From the NCBI RefSeq assembly GCF_964204645.1, contig NC_134026.1, forward strand, positions 7,897,950-7,961,949: 64,000 nucleotides of DNA. Reading direction: 5' to 3'. The notes under the pieces are model-generated. The model was not told where the DNA came from. It did not search any database and was given only the letters and a program-made list of their open reading frames with translations. The position numbers and the translations under genes are program-made. This stretch comes from Tubulanus polymorphus. Its lineage: Eukaryota > Animalia > Nemertea. Below, piece after piece: positions 23,381 to 36,700 of the stretch (position 1 is its first letter; the number at the start of each line of letters is the position of its first letter).

Positions 23381-24575
23381 TTCAAGTTCAAGTTCAAATT
23401 TATTTCACAGAAAGCATGACAGGCTATGTACACAGGTTGAGAGAAAACAAACAATAAAATTTACAATTTTTTTAAAAAAAGCACAATTATAAAAAGAGAG
23501 AGAGAACAGTAGCTTTCAGTGTGGGGCCAAGCAAAGCCTTTAGGCCGCTGTCGCAAGCACCCAGGGAAAAAAACGAAAGGGAAATGAAGAAATAAAGGGG
23601 AAGGAAATGAAAGTTGATAATTTTTGATAATTTCAGGAGAGTTTATATGAGTAAGCTAGAGGATTCAGGAGAGTGAGCAATTATAACTGTGTGGCAGGGT
23701 TTCGATGCCATCAGGTTCGAATCCCTGCCCCGAGGGAGGATGCTCAAGTAGAAACAACATGTTAGTTTTCACTCTGGATTGTACCCCCATCATGGCGACG
23801 AATGGATCAACGGACACAATATCAACAGGTTATGGGCCCAGGATCGGGGCTACCCTGGACGCTTCTCTCGTCTGATATGCGATGGGGATGAAGGAACTTT
23901 CAAGCGTGGGAAATAAAAATTGTAGGATATTCGAAATTACATAAACTGAAAGAAACTGTTTTTTGGACCAGAGAACGAGGAGGCTTTTGCGGAAATAATA
24001 CAATTCTTAGACAATAGAAGTTAATCCTTGGTAACCAGAGAGGCCAAGTCTAAGGGAAGAGAGGCATTCGAAATCATACGAAAATATTACAAAAGTAAGG
24101 GAAAACCACGCATTATTTCCCTTTTTACAGAACTTACTTCTCTGTCAAAATTAAGGCAAGATCCGGTAACGGACTATGTTTTGAGGGCTGAAAAGGCCGC
24201 AGCATCCTTGAGAGATGCTGGTGAAACTATCAGCGATTGTCTATTAGTCGCAATGGTAATCAAAGGGTTGTTACCAGAATCGTTTAAACCCTTTAAAGTG
24301 ATAAAGAACAGAAGTTTACTGATTTCAAAGATGCTTCGCATAGTTTTGAAGAGACAGAGCGGGCCAGTAGATTATGCGATCGAGACGATCGATCATGAAA
24401 ACAATCGGTAGTGAGAAACTGTGTTATGAATTTAATCAACTCGGACACTTCGCGAGAAATTGCAGGTTCGGTAAGGTTAATAGTTATACCGGAAACATGA
24501 ATAATAACAAAGGCAAGAAATGGTGTAATCTATGCAAAAACACATCACATAACGATGTGACATGCAGAAAACAAG

Positions 24576-24736
24576 AGCCGTGATCACACGAGCATTTTTG
24601 GCCCATTTTTGAGCATTTTTTAGCATTGTTTAGTATCGAGTGAATGGTTTGCGTGTGAACGCACTCTCTAATTAGACAGGGGCCAAATTTGGCTCGAGTC
24701 TGACCAGTGCCAATTTGGCCCGTGTGATCGCGGCTT
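24576..24736. mobile_element. Short MITE (Harbinger/Tourist-like) in the Copia internal region
   Basis: TIRs AGCCGTGATCACACG ... CGTGTGATCGCGGCT. Confidence 0.65.
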
Positions 24737-27513
24737 ATATCGAGCAAAATTGCTAAACCACGACGATGATGGTACCGAGTTTGTTTTCTGTGCGGCAGAT
24801 GCACCTTTCTCCCGTGAATCGTCGTTACTAGTAGTAGACTGCAGAGCGACAACTCATATTACTGCGGATCGAAATTGTTTCAAGAAATTCGGATAACGCG
24901 TTTCAACCAGAACGACACTGTCGAACGTGCGAATGATACGAAAGGAAAGGGCTAGGCGAAATAAACGACTATGCAAATTATGCCAGTGCGGCTATGTATT
25001 TATTTGTTGATAATTTTCTTTAGACTGTGAAGTAACGATCAAGTGGGGGGTTGGAATATGATCTTGTTCTAATGTAATCATGATACGTCACCTCTCTGTA
25101 AATCTATGCACTACAGTAATTGCTACAGTAAATTCAAATAAAGCTTAGGTTGTTAGTTAGCATCTCAAGTAAAAGAAACCTCTGCATTACCCCCATCATG
25201 GCGACGAATGGATCAACGGACAATATATCAACACAGTCTGCAGATCCTAGACCTTTCGAGTAGACTTTCGTTTATATCAGTATGTTATGGCATCTCTGGG
25301 GGAAAATCGTATTAAGTTGGAAAAATAACTGGCCTTGAAAATTTCTGACTTGGGATCAGAAACTGCTGAAGGCTTTTTCTTTTTATATAAATCATTGATG
25401 TGATGTGCTTTGGTCAGAGAATGATAGCAGACCTTTCTGAATAGTCACCACACCGTCCTGATTGGTCATCACATTGACACAATTTCCCTTTTAGGATGCT
25501 AACAGTGCCCTTTTTAGATCCCTGTAATGAAACTGATACGGGAAAAAGAAACGTCGAACCCGCTTGAATGTCCTGCGTGGCGCTTAGCGGGTTGAGGGTG
25601 AAAAAACTGATATGATTTATTTATACTAAAATTCTAATGTATCGTGTCTTATGGTTGGACTACCCAAAGTCAGTTGGAAGGCAATCAACCATAAGTCAGG
25701 AAATTCTCGCCGGATCCCATCACGAGATCTATTTGCGTGTTACCTATTTTTTCTGTGGAAGCCAGAAATAGCAACATGTATCCAACTAATCAGCTCTTAC
25801 TGATGGGATATCGATTTTATTGCAAACTGGTCGTAACAGATAAATATTTGCCATTAACTTTGATGCTTTTCCTCTGATCTCATTTCTATCTGTGGCCGAA
25901 TCAGGAGACGCGAATCCGTTTATAACCTTGCAATACTCGTTTATATTCATCATTTTAGTTGGAGCTGTCTCTTGTGCCATCACAGGTTCACTAGGCATCC
26001 CTACAATCGGGAGCTATTTGTAAATTCAAAGGATTATCTTGCATCCTAACTAGGATTACCTTAAAGTACGGTTATGTTGATGGCCTCACTGCCTGTGACG
26101 TGCTGTCTAGCTGTCGGAAAGCTGCCTAATTGTCAGCGTGCTGTCTAGCTGTCGGGGCGCTGTTTAACTTGTTGCAATGTTTGATAGCGTTTATATGGAT
26201 TTAGCCTAATTTCTCAACACAATGACAGAATTGTGTCAATGATGATACAAACACACTCTTGATTCAGCTGGTTCGTTCTATCTCTTTAGTGTGGTTTGTT
26301 ATGATCATAGGATGCGTTTCTTTATTCGTGAATAAACGATGGCAAAAGGTAAATTCTTATTCTCATCTATCGAGCACCAGCACACAGCTGGGCGCCTGGC
26401 GTAACATTTTACCTCAGTATCTCAGGTACCACGTTTTTTATATACGGTACCTAAGTCAGTAAACTGTCTGTGGTTTACGTAGATTCGCGATTAGATATTT
26501 TCACAAACGACAAGGTATAAACCCATTCGTTCAGAACAGGGGCGGCCGTCAAGGATATTTGTAGGGGCGGGGTCCAGGGATAAAAAGGGGCCATATGAAA
26601 TTTTACTGCAATGATCGGATGCAAGACTCATAACGGCATAGCCCATGGCCAATGACTGGGATGGTGCTCGACAATAGAAAAGTTTTGAAATTTTGAGAAG
26701 AATTTGGTGAGATTTCCGCAATATTGTCACTTAGAATTTCTTTTTAGGGACCTTCAAAATAAGGAGGGGTCCGGATCTCCTTAGACCCCCTCTAAATCCG
26801 CCCCTGGTTTAAGAGCAAGAACCAGAAAACGATTCATTTAACTAACTAGGTTACCATACATACGGTGGTCAAAAAAGTTGCATTAGGCCCCTGTGGTGCA
26901 TCTTAGAATCAGCCCCAACCTCAGGGCATTGATGTTTTTTTTGGTAGCTGAGTGACGTTTAAACTAAACTACGTAGTTGTTGTTGTTTTTTTTTTTATTC
27001 AAAATTCATGAGAGCTAATGTAAACAGAGCTTGTCTATGAATAATGCACATATATTCATTCGTATTGTTTTAGAATGATATATTCCTGGAAAGCAAATTG
27101 TCTCATACTGATTTCACTGTCAAACTACTAATCGTTAAAAGATCATATCTTCTGAACCGTTTCAAGTATTCTAAACGTGTTCAAAGATAACCTTGCTCAT
27201 ATGTGATCAATTCGTATTTCTGAACTCGGAAAAAGACGAAGTCACTTCATGACATCAGAACATGAATATTTTCCGATCCTTAAACTCGAACCAATTTTCC
27301 TGCGACCTGACAGTTTGCCGAGTCATAGTTGCGCGCAGTACAGGATTAACTGATCAATTTATGACTGATCAAAATGCGCATTATTTAAGTTCACTAAGAC
27401 GAGTTCAGAGTCTGGCAGGCGAATATAATACTAGTTCACGATTTTCCCGCTATCGTTGTATATTGAGGCAGCACCATACAGTCAAGATCTGACACCGTTC
27501 TTTCTACTGCGGC

Positions 27514-30500
27514 ATGCGAGTCATAAAGATCCCATCAATCCTAGGTCGGTTGCTTTGTTCTTATAAAGAGTTTCGAGCTACTGTTTTAGCGAAATTATAA
27601 TTCAATAAAACTAAGTAAAACATTCTCGGAGAGCTTCGTACTGATTTTACTGGGTCAAAACTTGTACTTTCTGGACCATTTCAGATGACTTAAAAACACA
27701 AACTGACTCTGCGTCTGTGTACCAGGGTTATGAACTCGTATTAGTGAATTGTAAAACTATTTTATTACTGAGAATTATTAATCACTGTATGAATTATTCA
27801 TAATGTCTAACTATCTTGAGTGACTGGGGATTTTCTGAAACGGACTTTAATCCTGGGGATTCCCCTGACACTTGACCACAACCTGTGACGTCACGTACCT
27901 GCGTAAATCTATAGTAGTGAATGATAAAAACCCTGATAAAATCCGGTGACGAGGGCAGTGTGATAAAATAGTCTGGACTGGAGATCAGAGGTGTAATAAT
28001 CAGAGTTAGATTGGAAGTGATTTTAAAGACAGAAAGTATGGAGCGATCATTAATGTTATTCATGTATCCAGATGTATCAATTAGTTCTAGCGGTAAGAAT
28101 TAGGTGTTAATTAGGGATAAAGTAATTAAAACTTTCTGATATTTCTAACGATAAGATTTATCCGAAAATTCACATCACTTTGCAATGGGTACATTATATG
28201 GCGTTAAGGTGTATAGAATTTCATGTTCATTGGAAAAGAATAACGTTCATTTTATACTCTGTATCTATCTGTTTTGAATTTCAGTAAATTTTGTAATTGT
28301 TCAATTTTTAGCCGATGAGATCATAAGATCGTGCAGTTTTGGGCTGCAGCAGCAAACAGAAGTTGATACAGTAGATTGCGGTATCAGGTAGGTTTTGATA
28401 TAGTAGTAACTATAGCGACTTGTTCTAATAGAAACATGCAGTCATTTTACCGTGCACCAATGTCTAGGATCCATCTTATTACTTCAAGTTTGTACCTAAA
28501 CCTGTTAAATGCAAAATCGAGATTTCATAGGTCCACAACTTAAAACATTTCGTTAGACATTTAATTCGTCTTGGTTATGTAAAACTGATAGGGCCCCTGA
28601 ACTTGGTAAATCAGATAAAATGTTCGTATTTTGAAGATAGGACAAAATGGTCCTAACCCCGATCGGTTTGACACGACCTACCTAAGATCAAGGGGTTACG
28701 CCGTACAGGCCCTATATCTATTACAAGAATGATATCACTTTGTCCTAGTGAAACCAGTTTTATTGTCCTCATTTAGACACCATTTATGGAAATGAGAGAT
28801 ATTTGACTGCGTAGATTTTATAGAGGTGTGTACGTGCCGCTATAGGAGACTATTGACCGCTGTGTATGTATGTGGTGGGTTTCAAACTATCATAGGGACA
28901 GCTGCTGGAACTAATTAATCAATACTACCATACGTATTTCAGTAATATACAGTACTGTCAACCTCAGGAATTGTGATATAATCTGACTGTGACATATTTC
29001 TATACTAGGAGAGTAAGGAAGGCGTTGTCCAAATATGAAGATAACAGCGCAACTTTACTGGGAGTTGATGGGGCCTCAACTGTGGTGAATCCTGTCAGAT
29101 CCGAAATATACTCTCAACAATGGAGTAAACTGGCTGTAAAGAAATCACCATCGAAACGAAAATCGGCGGCATCGAAATACAATAAACATACAATGGATTT
29201 AAAAGGTAATGTCCGAAGGTCAGGTCCCCAGGGGGGCCCGTAGTCATGGCCTATAGACTCGAGACCAATGGTAGTCTAAGCCAATATTGCCTAAAAACCT
29301 GAGTCTTAATGTTTTAAGGCTTCTTTTGGACTTAAGCCTCAAACCGGCCCCAGAGGATGAATGATAGAATAGGTAGAATCAGTGAGTCAGTTTTCATATT
29401 TTTTTCCAGAAAGTCTAAAATCCCGTGTGGAATTCCTACAACCGATTCTATGTCAAACAAACATCAAGAAATGGCGAAACGCTCTGCACAGAATCATTGA
29501 TTTATATTTCTCCGATAAAGATCTTCATAACGCGCTCAATTTCCTCAATGATACGGTAAGTCGTTAGTTGCGCGTATCACCGCTACTTCGAGATGGCGCC
29601 AGCTGCCGGTAAAAACACAACGTTTGTTACGTTTCAAAGTGCTTTTATCTACTGTTTTTGTAAATAACTGTAAATACTGTTTTTTCCTCCATATACCATG
29701 GGAATGGTTGGAGTGTAATAAATATTCGTATTCGTATTCGTAAAAAAAGAAAAAAAACACAGATATTCAAATATTAATTTGCATACATCAAATTCCATGT
29801 GCGTGAAAGTTTTTAAGAAGATGAATTCGATTACTTAAACATGTTGGTGACTACAGATGATTTTAACTAGTCGGGGCGAATGGCTTTTCTATTCTATGTA
29901 TTAATTTTCATTCATTTAATCATTTGACCTCATACCTCAACGTAGAATAATTGTTGATTAAAAGAAAAATTTCTCTCTTCAGTTAATTGAAACAATATCT
30001 AAAAAGGAAAAAGAACCGCACGAAGAACAGGAGGTTCCGTTACACGAGAACAAATTACCGATTTTACTAGATAAAAAGGTGACAGAATGGACTGATTTAT
30101 GGACAGGATTACACTGTAACTATACCGGTCCGGATAGTATCCCGGATATCAGATTATCTATAGTTACAGTACCCGCTACCGTCAGTGTTTATGTATTACG
30201 TGGATTAGTGGCAGTTATTAACGCGTTAAACGGTAAATTAAAGCTTTATTATACATGACCAGAAATTTAAAATGATTTCAAATATTGACTCATGAAAAGT
30301 ATTGAAGTTTTTCATAAAATTCAGCAATTGTGAACTCCAGTAATCTCTTCCCTCGTCCGCTCCCGATACCGCCCTACCCTCCCTCCTCATACCGCCCCCT
30401 TGCCCCACTGTCACAATGAAAACTGAATTCTATTTTTTCAGATCTGCATATAAATACAATCAAACATATCTTATCAATGACGTCAGAAGAAGCGGAACAG

Positions 30501-30831
30501 TTACTGGCTGTGGTAAGCGAGTAGCCACTGATTCGTCAATTCTTATTTAGAATATCATTCTGTTTCTGGTAATTCGTATATTTTCTATTTTCAGTTAAAG
30601 TCTTTAGAGTGTGGATATATACCGGTAAAACTATTAGAACCGAACTGGGATTTATACAGTGATATATATACTAATTGTGGATTACAGAAAACAGGACATA
30701 AACATCAGAAACATTTCACATATCACACTTCACCTGATACTATACGTAACACAGTGGATATTTACACTATTGTATATACATTCTTTTACGGATCTGAAGT
30801 TCCGACAACGTCTAAAATTACTCTAGTTTAG
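27514..30831 (+). CDS. Uncharacterised multi-exon protein-coding gene, ~350 aa
   Basis: Exons 28312-28387, 29009-29205, 29410-29555, 29983-30232, 30442-30512, 30595-30831 have canonical AG/GT sites, consistent phases and no stops. Tentative first exons are 27514-27544 and 27685-27726 (or -27750). AATAAA at 30955. Confidence 0.78.
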
Positions 30832-31530
30832 AATACATTGTTATGAAACTATTGCATTATAATGTATTGATATAGATGCATAGTATGTAAATATAGTAAA
30901 CAAATTGATTGTTTAATTTGTTTTAAACGTTTTGTATCGATGAATATTTTGTGCAATAAATGTTCGATAAATAATTCGACTATATATTAGTTGTTTTTTC
31001 ACCCCTCAACCCCAACTGAGTTCACACTCATTGCCAGATTCCTTTGCCCCTCAACCCACTGAGTTCCACTCATCGGGGTATTACCAGCATTTGTTCTTTT
31101 CATCTCTCAGCTCTTTTGAGTTCACACTATTAGCAGGTTTTTGATTCGTGGATCAGAGGATCTTTTTCAAACATTCTGTAGCACTGCTATTCATTTTCCA
31201 ACCTATTCAGTTGTTTTACTAAAAGCTTTATTATTCCAACATTCTTGAATTCTTGTACAACAAATAAATATGTTTAATGTGGTGACATTTTGATTTTAAA
31301 CAATAATTAACTTTCACGAAATCTGAGTAAATTGTGTAAGATTTCTGAGAATTGATTTTCTATTTACTGTGAACAATTAATTCGATAAATGAATTGTAGC
31401 TGCAAAGACTTTAATGATACCTTTATATTAAATTTGGATTAATTTTCCAATACGCGAGAAAACACGTAAGTTCCAGAAAATTCTCAGGCAGTTAGTAGAC
31501 TCACAGACAGTCAGTTCTCGCATTTCAATC

Positions 31531-32479
31531 ATGAATTCAACTCGGATACTTATCGGCAGAACATATCACAGTTACATCGTTCTCACGACCGTGGAGAACA
31601 GATCTGGGATCTACCGTACTGTGTCACTGGTCATTCTGCCTATCGTGTTCCTGTTCGGAGCATTCGGAAATTCAGCTACTTTCCTGATAATGATAAGTCG
31701 CAGATTCCGCAGTTTATCATACGCTAACTATCTTATCGTTTTGTCTCTCAGTGATTCCATGATCTGTATGAATTATACACTGATGCCTGTTTTACAGTTT
31801 GCTCTCTTCCACGTTAAAGATGGTCCAATATTCCTGATGAATTCACAGATCAGTTGTCAGATGTATGAATTTGTAATGGCAATTGCAGCTTGCAATAGTT
31901 CGTGGTTAATGGTAGCAATATCTCTAGAACGTGTGGCAGTTGTGCTCTTCCCGTTCACATCTCGTTTGATATGTACACCGAGATTCGCTTTTGTTATATT
32001 GATAATTACTGCAGTGAATGTACTGGTTATAAACCTTCTACCAACTTTGTCCATACATTTCACCGACCAGTTTTTCGGTTGTTACTATATATTAGTTGAC
32101 CAACTAACATATTTCACCATTACTGCCATTCACGTTTATCTCCTACCATTAACTTTGATCATTGCATCAAATTCTGTTATAATAATTCAGTTATTCAGAG
32201 GTTCAAAAAATTGTTTCGTCTGATCAGAAAACTACAAAATCAAAACGTACAACAATAATGCTTGTAACAGTTTCACTTGCATTTGCAATATTCACACATC
32301 CAAACACTACCACTGCATTCTTACCAGTTCCACCAGAACAAAGCGAATTTCTATTTGACATTTTCAATCAATTCTTGTTGTGTAACTATGTGGTAAATTT
32401 CTACATATATCTTTTACTGGGACGAGAAATTCGTGAATATTTTTGTATGAAAATCCGCTGCAGAAATTCAGACAAATAA
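31531..32479 (+). pseudogene. GPCR copy with a single frameshift in ICL3
   Basis: Extra base in the A-run at ~32206-32211 (GGTTCAAAAAATTG vs GGTTCAAAAATGG in paralogs). Both halves are otherwise open (31531-32223, 32258-32479). Confidence 0.8.
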
Positions 32480-32720
32480 CTAATAACAAATAACTAACTA
32501 ATTCTAATAAATAGAAGCTTATAATCCGATATTCGGCATTATAGTGCAACGTGTTAGAGTCACTTTTGGGGTAAATCGGGGGATTAATGCGCAAGCTGAA
32601 ATATAATGCGTAGTAATATGGAACTAAAAGAAGTTCCATGAAAATATATCCTTGATTGGGGATCCATATTCTACAGCTGGTGACACGCGACATCTTACAT
32701 ATTAGGGTAATGACTCTACT

Positions 32721-32940
32721 GGACGGTTGACAGATGACACCCTACACACCAGTTAGGTGACGACTCCACAGGACGGTTGACAGATGACACCCTACACACC
32801 AGTTAGGTGATGACTGCACAGGACGGTCGGCCGGTAAACACCCTGCGCACCAGTAAGTGACGACTGCACAGGACGGTTGACAGGTAGACACCCTCAGTAA
32901 GGTAATACAGGACGGTTGACGATAGGCCCTACACGCCATT
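32721..32940. repeat. ~50-bp tandem repeat (GGACGGTTGACAGATGACACCCTACACACCAGTTAGGTGACGACT..)
   Basis: About 4.5 progressively diverged units. Confidence 0.85.
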
Positions 32941-35046
32941 TAGGTTCCGTGTTAACGCGTATACTAATCGCATTGTCTTCTTTTTCGAGAACATATTTCA
33001 CCTAATTGATTATTCCCAAAAATCAAATAATATAAGATTGTATACATCATATTATTATATACAACTATGACAGGTTGGTTGATGTGGAGCCATACACATC
33101 AGCATAACATGTCTATAATATTAAATGATACATTCATGTTCTTTAACAGAGAAACAGTCTTCCAACTGCCAATAGTACAGTTCACTAATTCCCACACACA
33201 AAAATCTTCCAAATGGTAGCAATATGGACGATGATGTTTCAATTTCATTTTGTTTTTATGTAATTGAATTGATACCTCATTGTTACCCTTAACTCTAAAC
33301 CTAACCGTAACCCTAATCATTCACATTTCAAACCACGCTAAAGACCTTCCCAAGGTTATATATAACCAAAGATTTGTCACGTCAACATAAAAAACCACCC
33401 AATAACTGTGATATGACCTCCAAAAACCCTTCAACCAATTTCAATAGCTATCTAGACAGATTATATTTCATCCACAAAAACTAGAGCCCAGTGGCCTAAC
33501 AGTTGACACCCCGAATGCAGCCTGTTCGATCCTAGTTTTAGGCTCGCTTTTTCTTTTCAGTTGAAAATGGAATATTTCTATCTACTCGGAATTCGATAAC
33601 TGCCCTTGAGAACTTTAGGCTAGAGTCCAGTGTATTTATGTTGTTGAATGATGAACTGATGCTATTTTAACCTGTGTTTTCCCTGTATAGAACTGAAAGA
33701 AATTTTCTAACATGTTCAGATAATTTTCTATATCACCGTTTATAATGAATTCTTCTACAACGAATATTCATATTCAATTAGATTACATATATGTTTTACA
33801 CGACGAATAGAATTTCACAAAATGTCTGTAAATTGTAGTAGATTTGTGTGAGATTCGAATTTGTGACATAAATTAATGTGAAAATGTCGGATTTTGGGAT
33901 CAGCAACTGCTATGGCAAACTATTATTCAAACTTTTATGTCAGAATTTAATGAGAAATGTCACGTATATAGACAGAAATTAATGAGAAAATGTCAAGTTT
34001 ATCGTCACGTCACTTTAGATTGAATGGTTTTTCGTCCAACGCAGGTTGAGCTAACGACAATTCTTACTGTTTTGGTAATGGGTTTATTGATTAGATAATT
34101 AAGAAGTGAACTGTACTACTAGTTGTTTTGGACGGTTGAGGGAGACCGCTGTAACCATCTAGATCGTTGAGATCAGTTCGCTGAATAAAGTCCTGCTGAA
34201 GACAGGAACTCTGTGTACTGTGACTTGTTTTTTTCTTGGACGTTTTGTGGTATTTTCACTCACTCAAGCGAAATACCGTTGGTGACACTACTTCTAATAA
34301 TCTTACTTAAAAAAATACAAATTGTTAAGCTCGTTGAAATGGAATTGAAAGTGATTGGGGCGGATGTCAGCTAGGGTTTTATAAAACAGTTTGGAATAAA
34401 TTGAATCTACCTTACGCGTCCTCCTGAGCCTGGTTTTATAGATATGGATTAATCTGATTCTAGCTATGAGGGCTATATCAACCGGTCCTTGGGTATGAAA
34501 TGAGATGCTTCGTATTCGAGAGGATGAAGAGATAATTTGTATTTGATTCTCTGAGAGAATTTTTCCAACCCATTCAGATGATTTACTATAACATATTTCA
34601 CCATTTACAATGAATTCTTGTACAACGAACATTGATATTCAATTTAGTTCAGTATGCATATTTTACACAATAATAAACTTTTACAAAATCTACAGAGTCT
34701 ACTGTGAGTTTACTCTGACAATCGACTCTCTATTTGCTGTTAACAATGAATCTTACAAATGAATCGTAGCAGTGATAAAGACTTTAATGATTTTTTATAC
34801 GAAAGTTGAATTAATTTTCCAATACAGGAGATGAAGAACACTCGACTGGAACACTCTCAGGCAGTCAGTAACTCTTCGACAGTCAGTACACGCCCAGACA
34901 GGCAATAGATTCTCAAGCAGGATCAGTCAATAGATTCTCAGGCAGGATCAGTCTCAGAAAATCAGGGCACTCTCAGACACTCAGTATATACCCAGACAGT
35001 AAACTCTCAGACATTCAGTGCACTTTCAGATACGTAGTCAGTACAT

Positions 35047-36003
35047 ATGAATTCAACTCAGATACTTATCGGCATAACTCACAACAGTAATAACGTTCTC
35101 ATGTCTGTGGTGAACAGATCTGGAATCTACCGTACTGTGTCACTAGTCATTCTGCCAATCCTGTTCCTGTTTGGCGCGTTTGGAAATTCAGCTACTTTCC
35201 TCATAATGATAAGTCGCAGGTTCCGTAGTTTATCTTACGCTAACTATCTTATCGTTTTGTCCCTCACCGATTCCATGTTCTGTATCAATTATACACTGAT
35301 GCCTGTTTTACAGTTTGTTCTCTTGCACGTTAAAGGTGGTCCTATATTCATCATGAATTCACGGATCAGTTGTAAAATCTACGAATTTGTGATGATGCTT
35401 ACAGTCAGCACTAGTTCATGGTTAATCGTAGCAATATCTCTAGAACGTGCGGCAGTTGTGCTTTTCCCGTTCACATCTCGTTTGATATGTACACCGAGAT
35501 TCGCTAGATTTGCTACATTGACAATTACTGCAGTGAATGCATTGTTCATATATTTCAGCCCTGCTTTGTCGGTATATTTTAACGATCGGTTTTTCGGATG
35601 TTATTTTAAATTATTTGAGCAAATAACTTTTTTCACCATAATCACCATCGACGTTTATCTCCTACCATTAACTTTGATTATTACATCGAATTCTGTAATA
35701 ATAGTTCAGTTATTCAGAGGTTCAAAAATGGTTTCGTCTGATCAGAAATCTACAAAATCAAAACGTACAACAATAATGCTTGTAACAGTTTCACTCGCAT
35801 TTGCAATGTTTACACTTCCAACCGCTGTTTATGTACTGTTACCAATTTCATCGGAACAGAAAAATGCTCCGTTCAAAATTATCGATCAATTTATCCATGT
35901 TTGCAACTATTCGGTTAATTTCTACATATATCTTCTACTAGGACGAGAAATTCGTGAATATTTCTGTATGAAAATCCGCTGTAGAAGAAATTCAGTCAAA
36001 TGA
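35047..36003 (+). CDS. Intronless class A orphan GPCR, copy 5, 318 aa
   Basis: Full 7TM ORF with family motifs. Confidence 0.93.
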   Translation: MNSTQILIGITHNSNNVLMSVVNRSGIYRTVSLVILPILFLFGAFGNSATFLIMISRRFRSLSYANYLIVLSLTDSMFCINYTLMPVLQFVLLHVKGGPIFIMNSRISCKIYEFVMMLTVSTSSWLIVAISLERAAVVLFPFTSRLICTPRFARFATLTITAVNALFIYFSPALSVYFNDRFFGCYFKLFEQITFFTIITIDVYLLPLTLIITSNSVIIVQLFRGSKMVSSDQKSTKSKRTTIMLVTVSLAFAMFTLPTAVYVLLPISSEQKNAPFKIIDQFIHVCNYSVNFYIYLLLGREIREYFCMKIRCRRNSVK

Positions 36004-36299
36004 CCATTAGATTTCAAGTTCGATTCACTTCATGCAACCTCTTGTTTTCCCATGTTAAGGAACCTGGAAATCAATTACGCTGCCCTTGAAAATTCGTGAC
36101 AATGGACCTCATAAGAAACGTGTGATAATTAATCGATAGTACATGTATGTATTGGGTGACTTCACAACCAAAAGGTGGGATATGAGATCTGACGCCACCT
36201 CCCACGTGTTTATACATGCACGTGGGCCATTGTGTGAGACATGTCCTGACGCGAGCTCGTCACTCCGCGCTGCGACAACGTTAATTTGCAAAAATTATG

Positions 36300-36700
36300 T
36301 CTTCTAGGGCCTCTACTATTCTTACTTTACACCAATAATATTACAAAACCTCTCAAGATGACACGACTATATTTTACAGCGATAAAGACCCTATAGTTCT
36401 CCTTGATATAATTACTAATGACAGTCACCTCAGCAACCCTCTCAACTGAAGGACAGTTGAAAGAGCATTCATTAAAGGTTCTAGGCCCCGAATTTTGGAA
36501 TATTAAGTACAGATATTAAAAGATCAAAAAGTGTATAGATGTATATGTATATGTACGCCGATACGCTATATAATGTTCCGCATTTTGTCGTTTTTCTTCT
36601 CCTTATTTTCATCTTATGTATATTCTTTTTCTGTCTTTTCTAGGGCAGCTTTCTTTAAGCTAACTGTTGCTTCAAAGCAGTCCTTCATTTAATATCATTA
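36300..36700 (+). mobile_element. Degenerate CR1/L2-type LINE fragment (RT region and 3' part); duplicate at ~42820-43760
   Basis: Translates LGPLLFLLYTNNI...(LFA)DDTTIFYSDKD, the non-LTR RT core; FADD is intact in the 42.9-kb copy. Confidence 0.75.

Larger units (their letters stand above)
23011..25233 (+). mobile_element. Internally deleted Ty1/Copia LTR retrotransposon with nested insertions
   Basis: 5-bp TSD CAGTC. 5' LTR 23011-23827 (interrupted) and 3' LTR ~25049-25233 both end in TATCAACA. Copia PBS GGTTATGGGCCCAG at 23828; PPT AAGTGGGGG. Frameshifted gag (GKPRIISLFTELTSL..DYVLRAE) with zinc-knuckle-like CYEFNQLGHFARNC; no pol recognisable. Confidence 0.92.

Noticed and set aside
33958-34287. 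Solo LTR (TGTCAC...GTGACA with AATAAA)
   Set aside because: Plausible, but there is no matching TSD and the left boundary is ambiguous, so it was not called.
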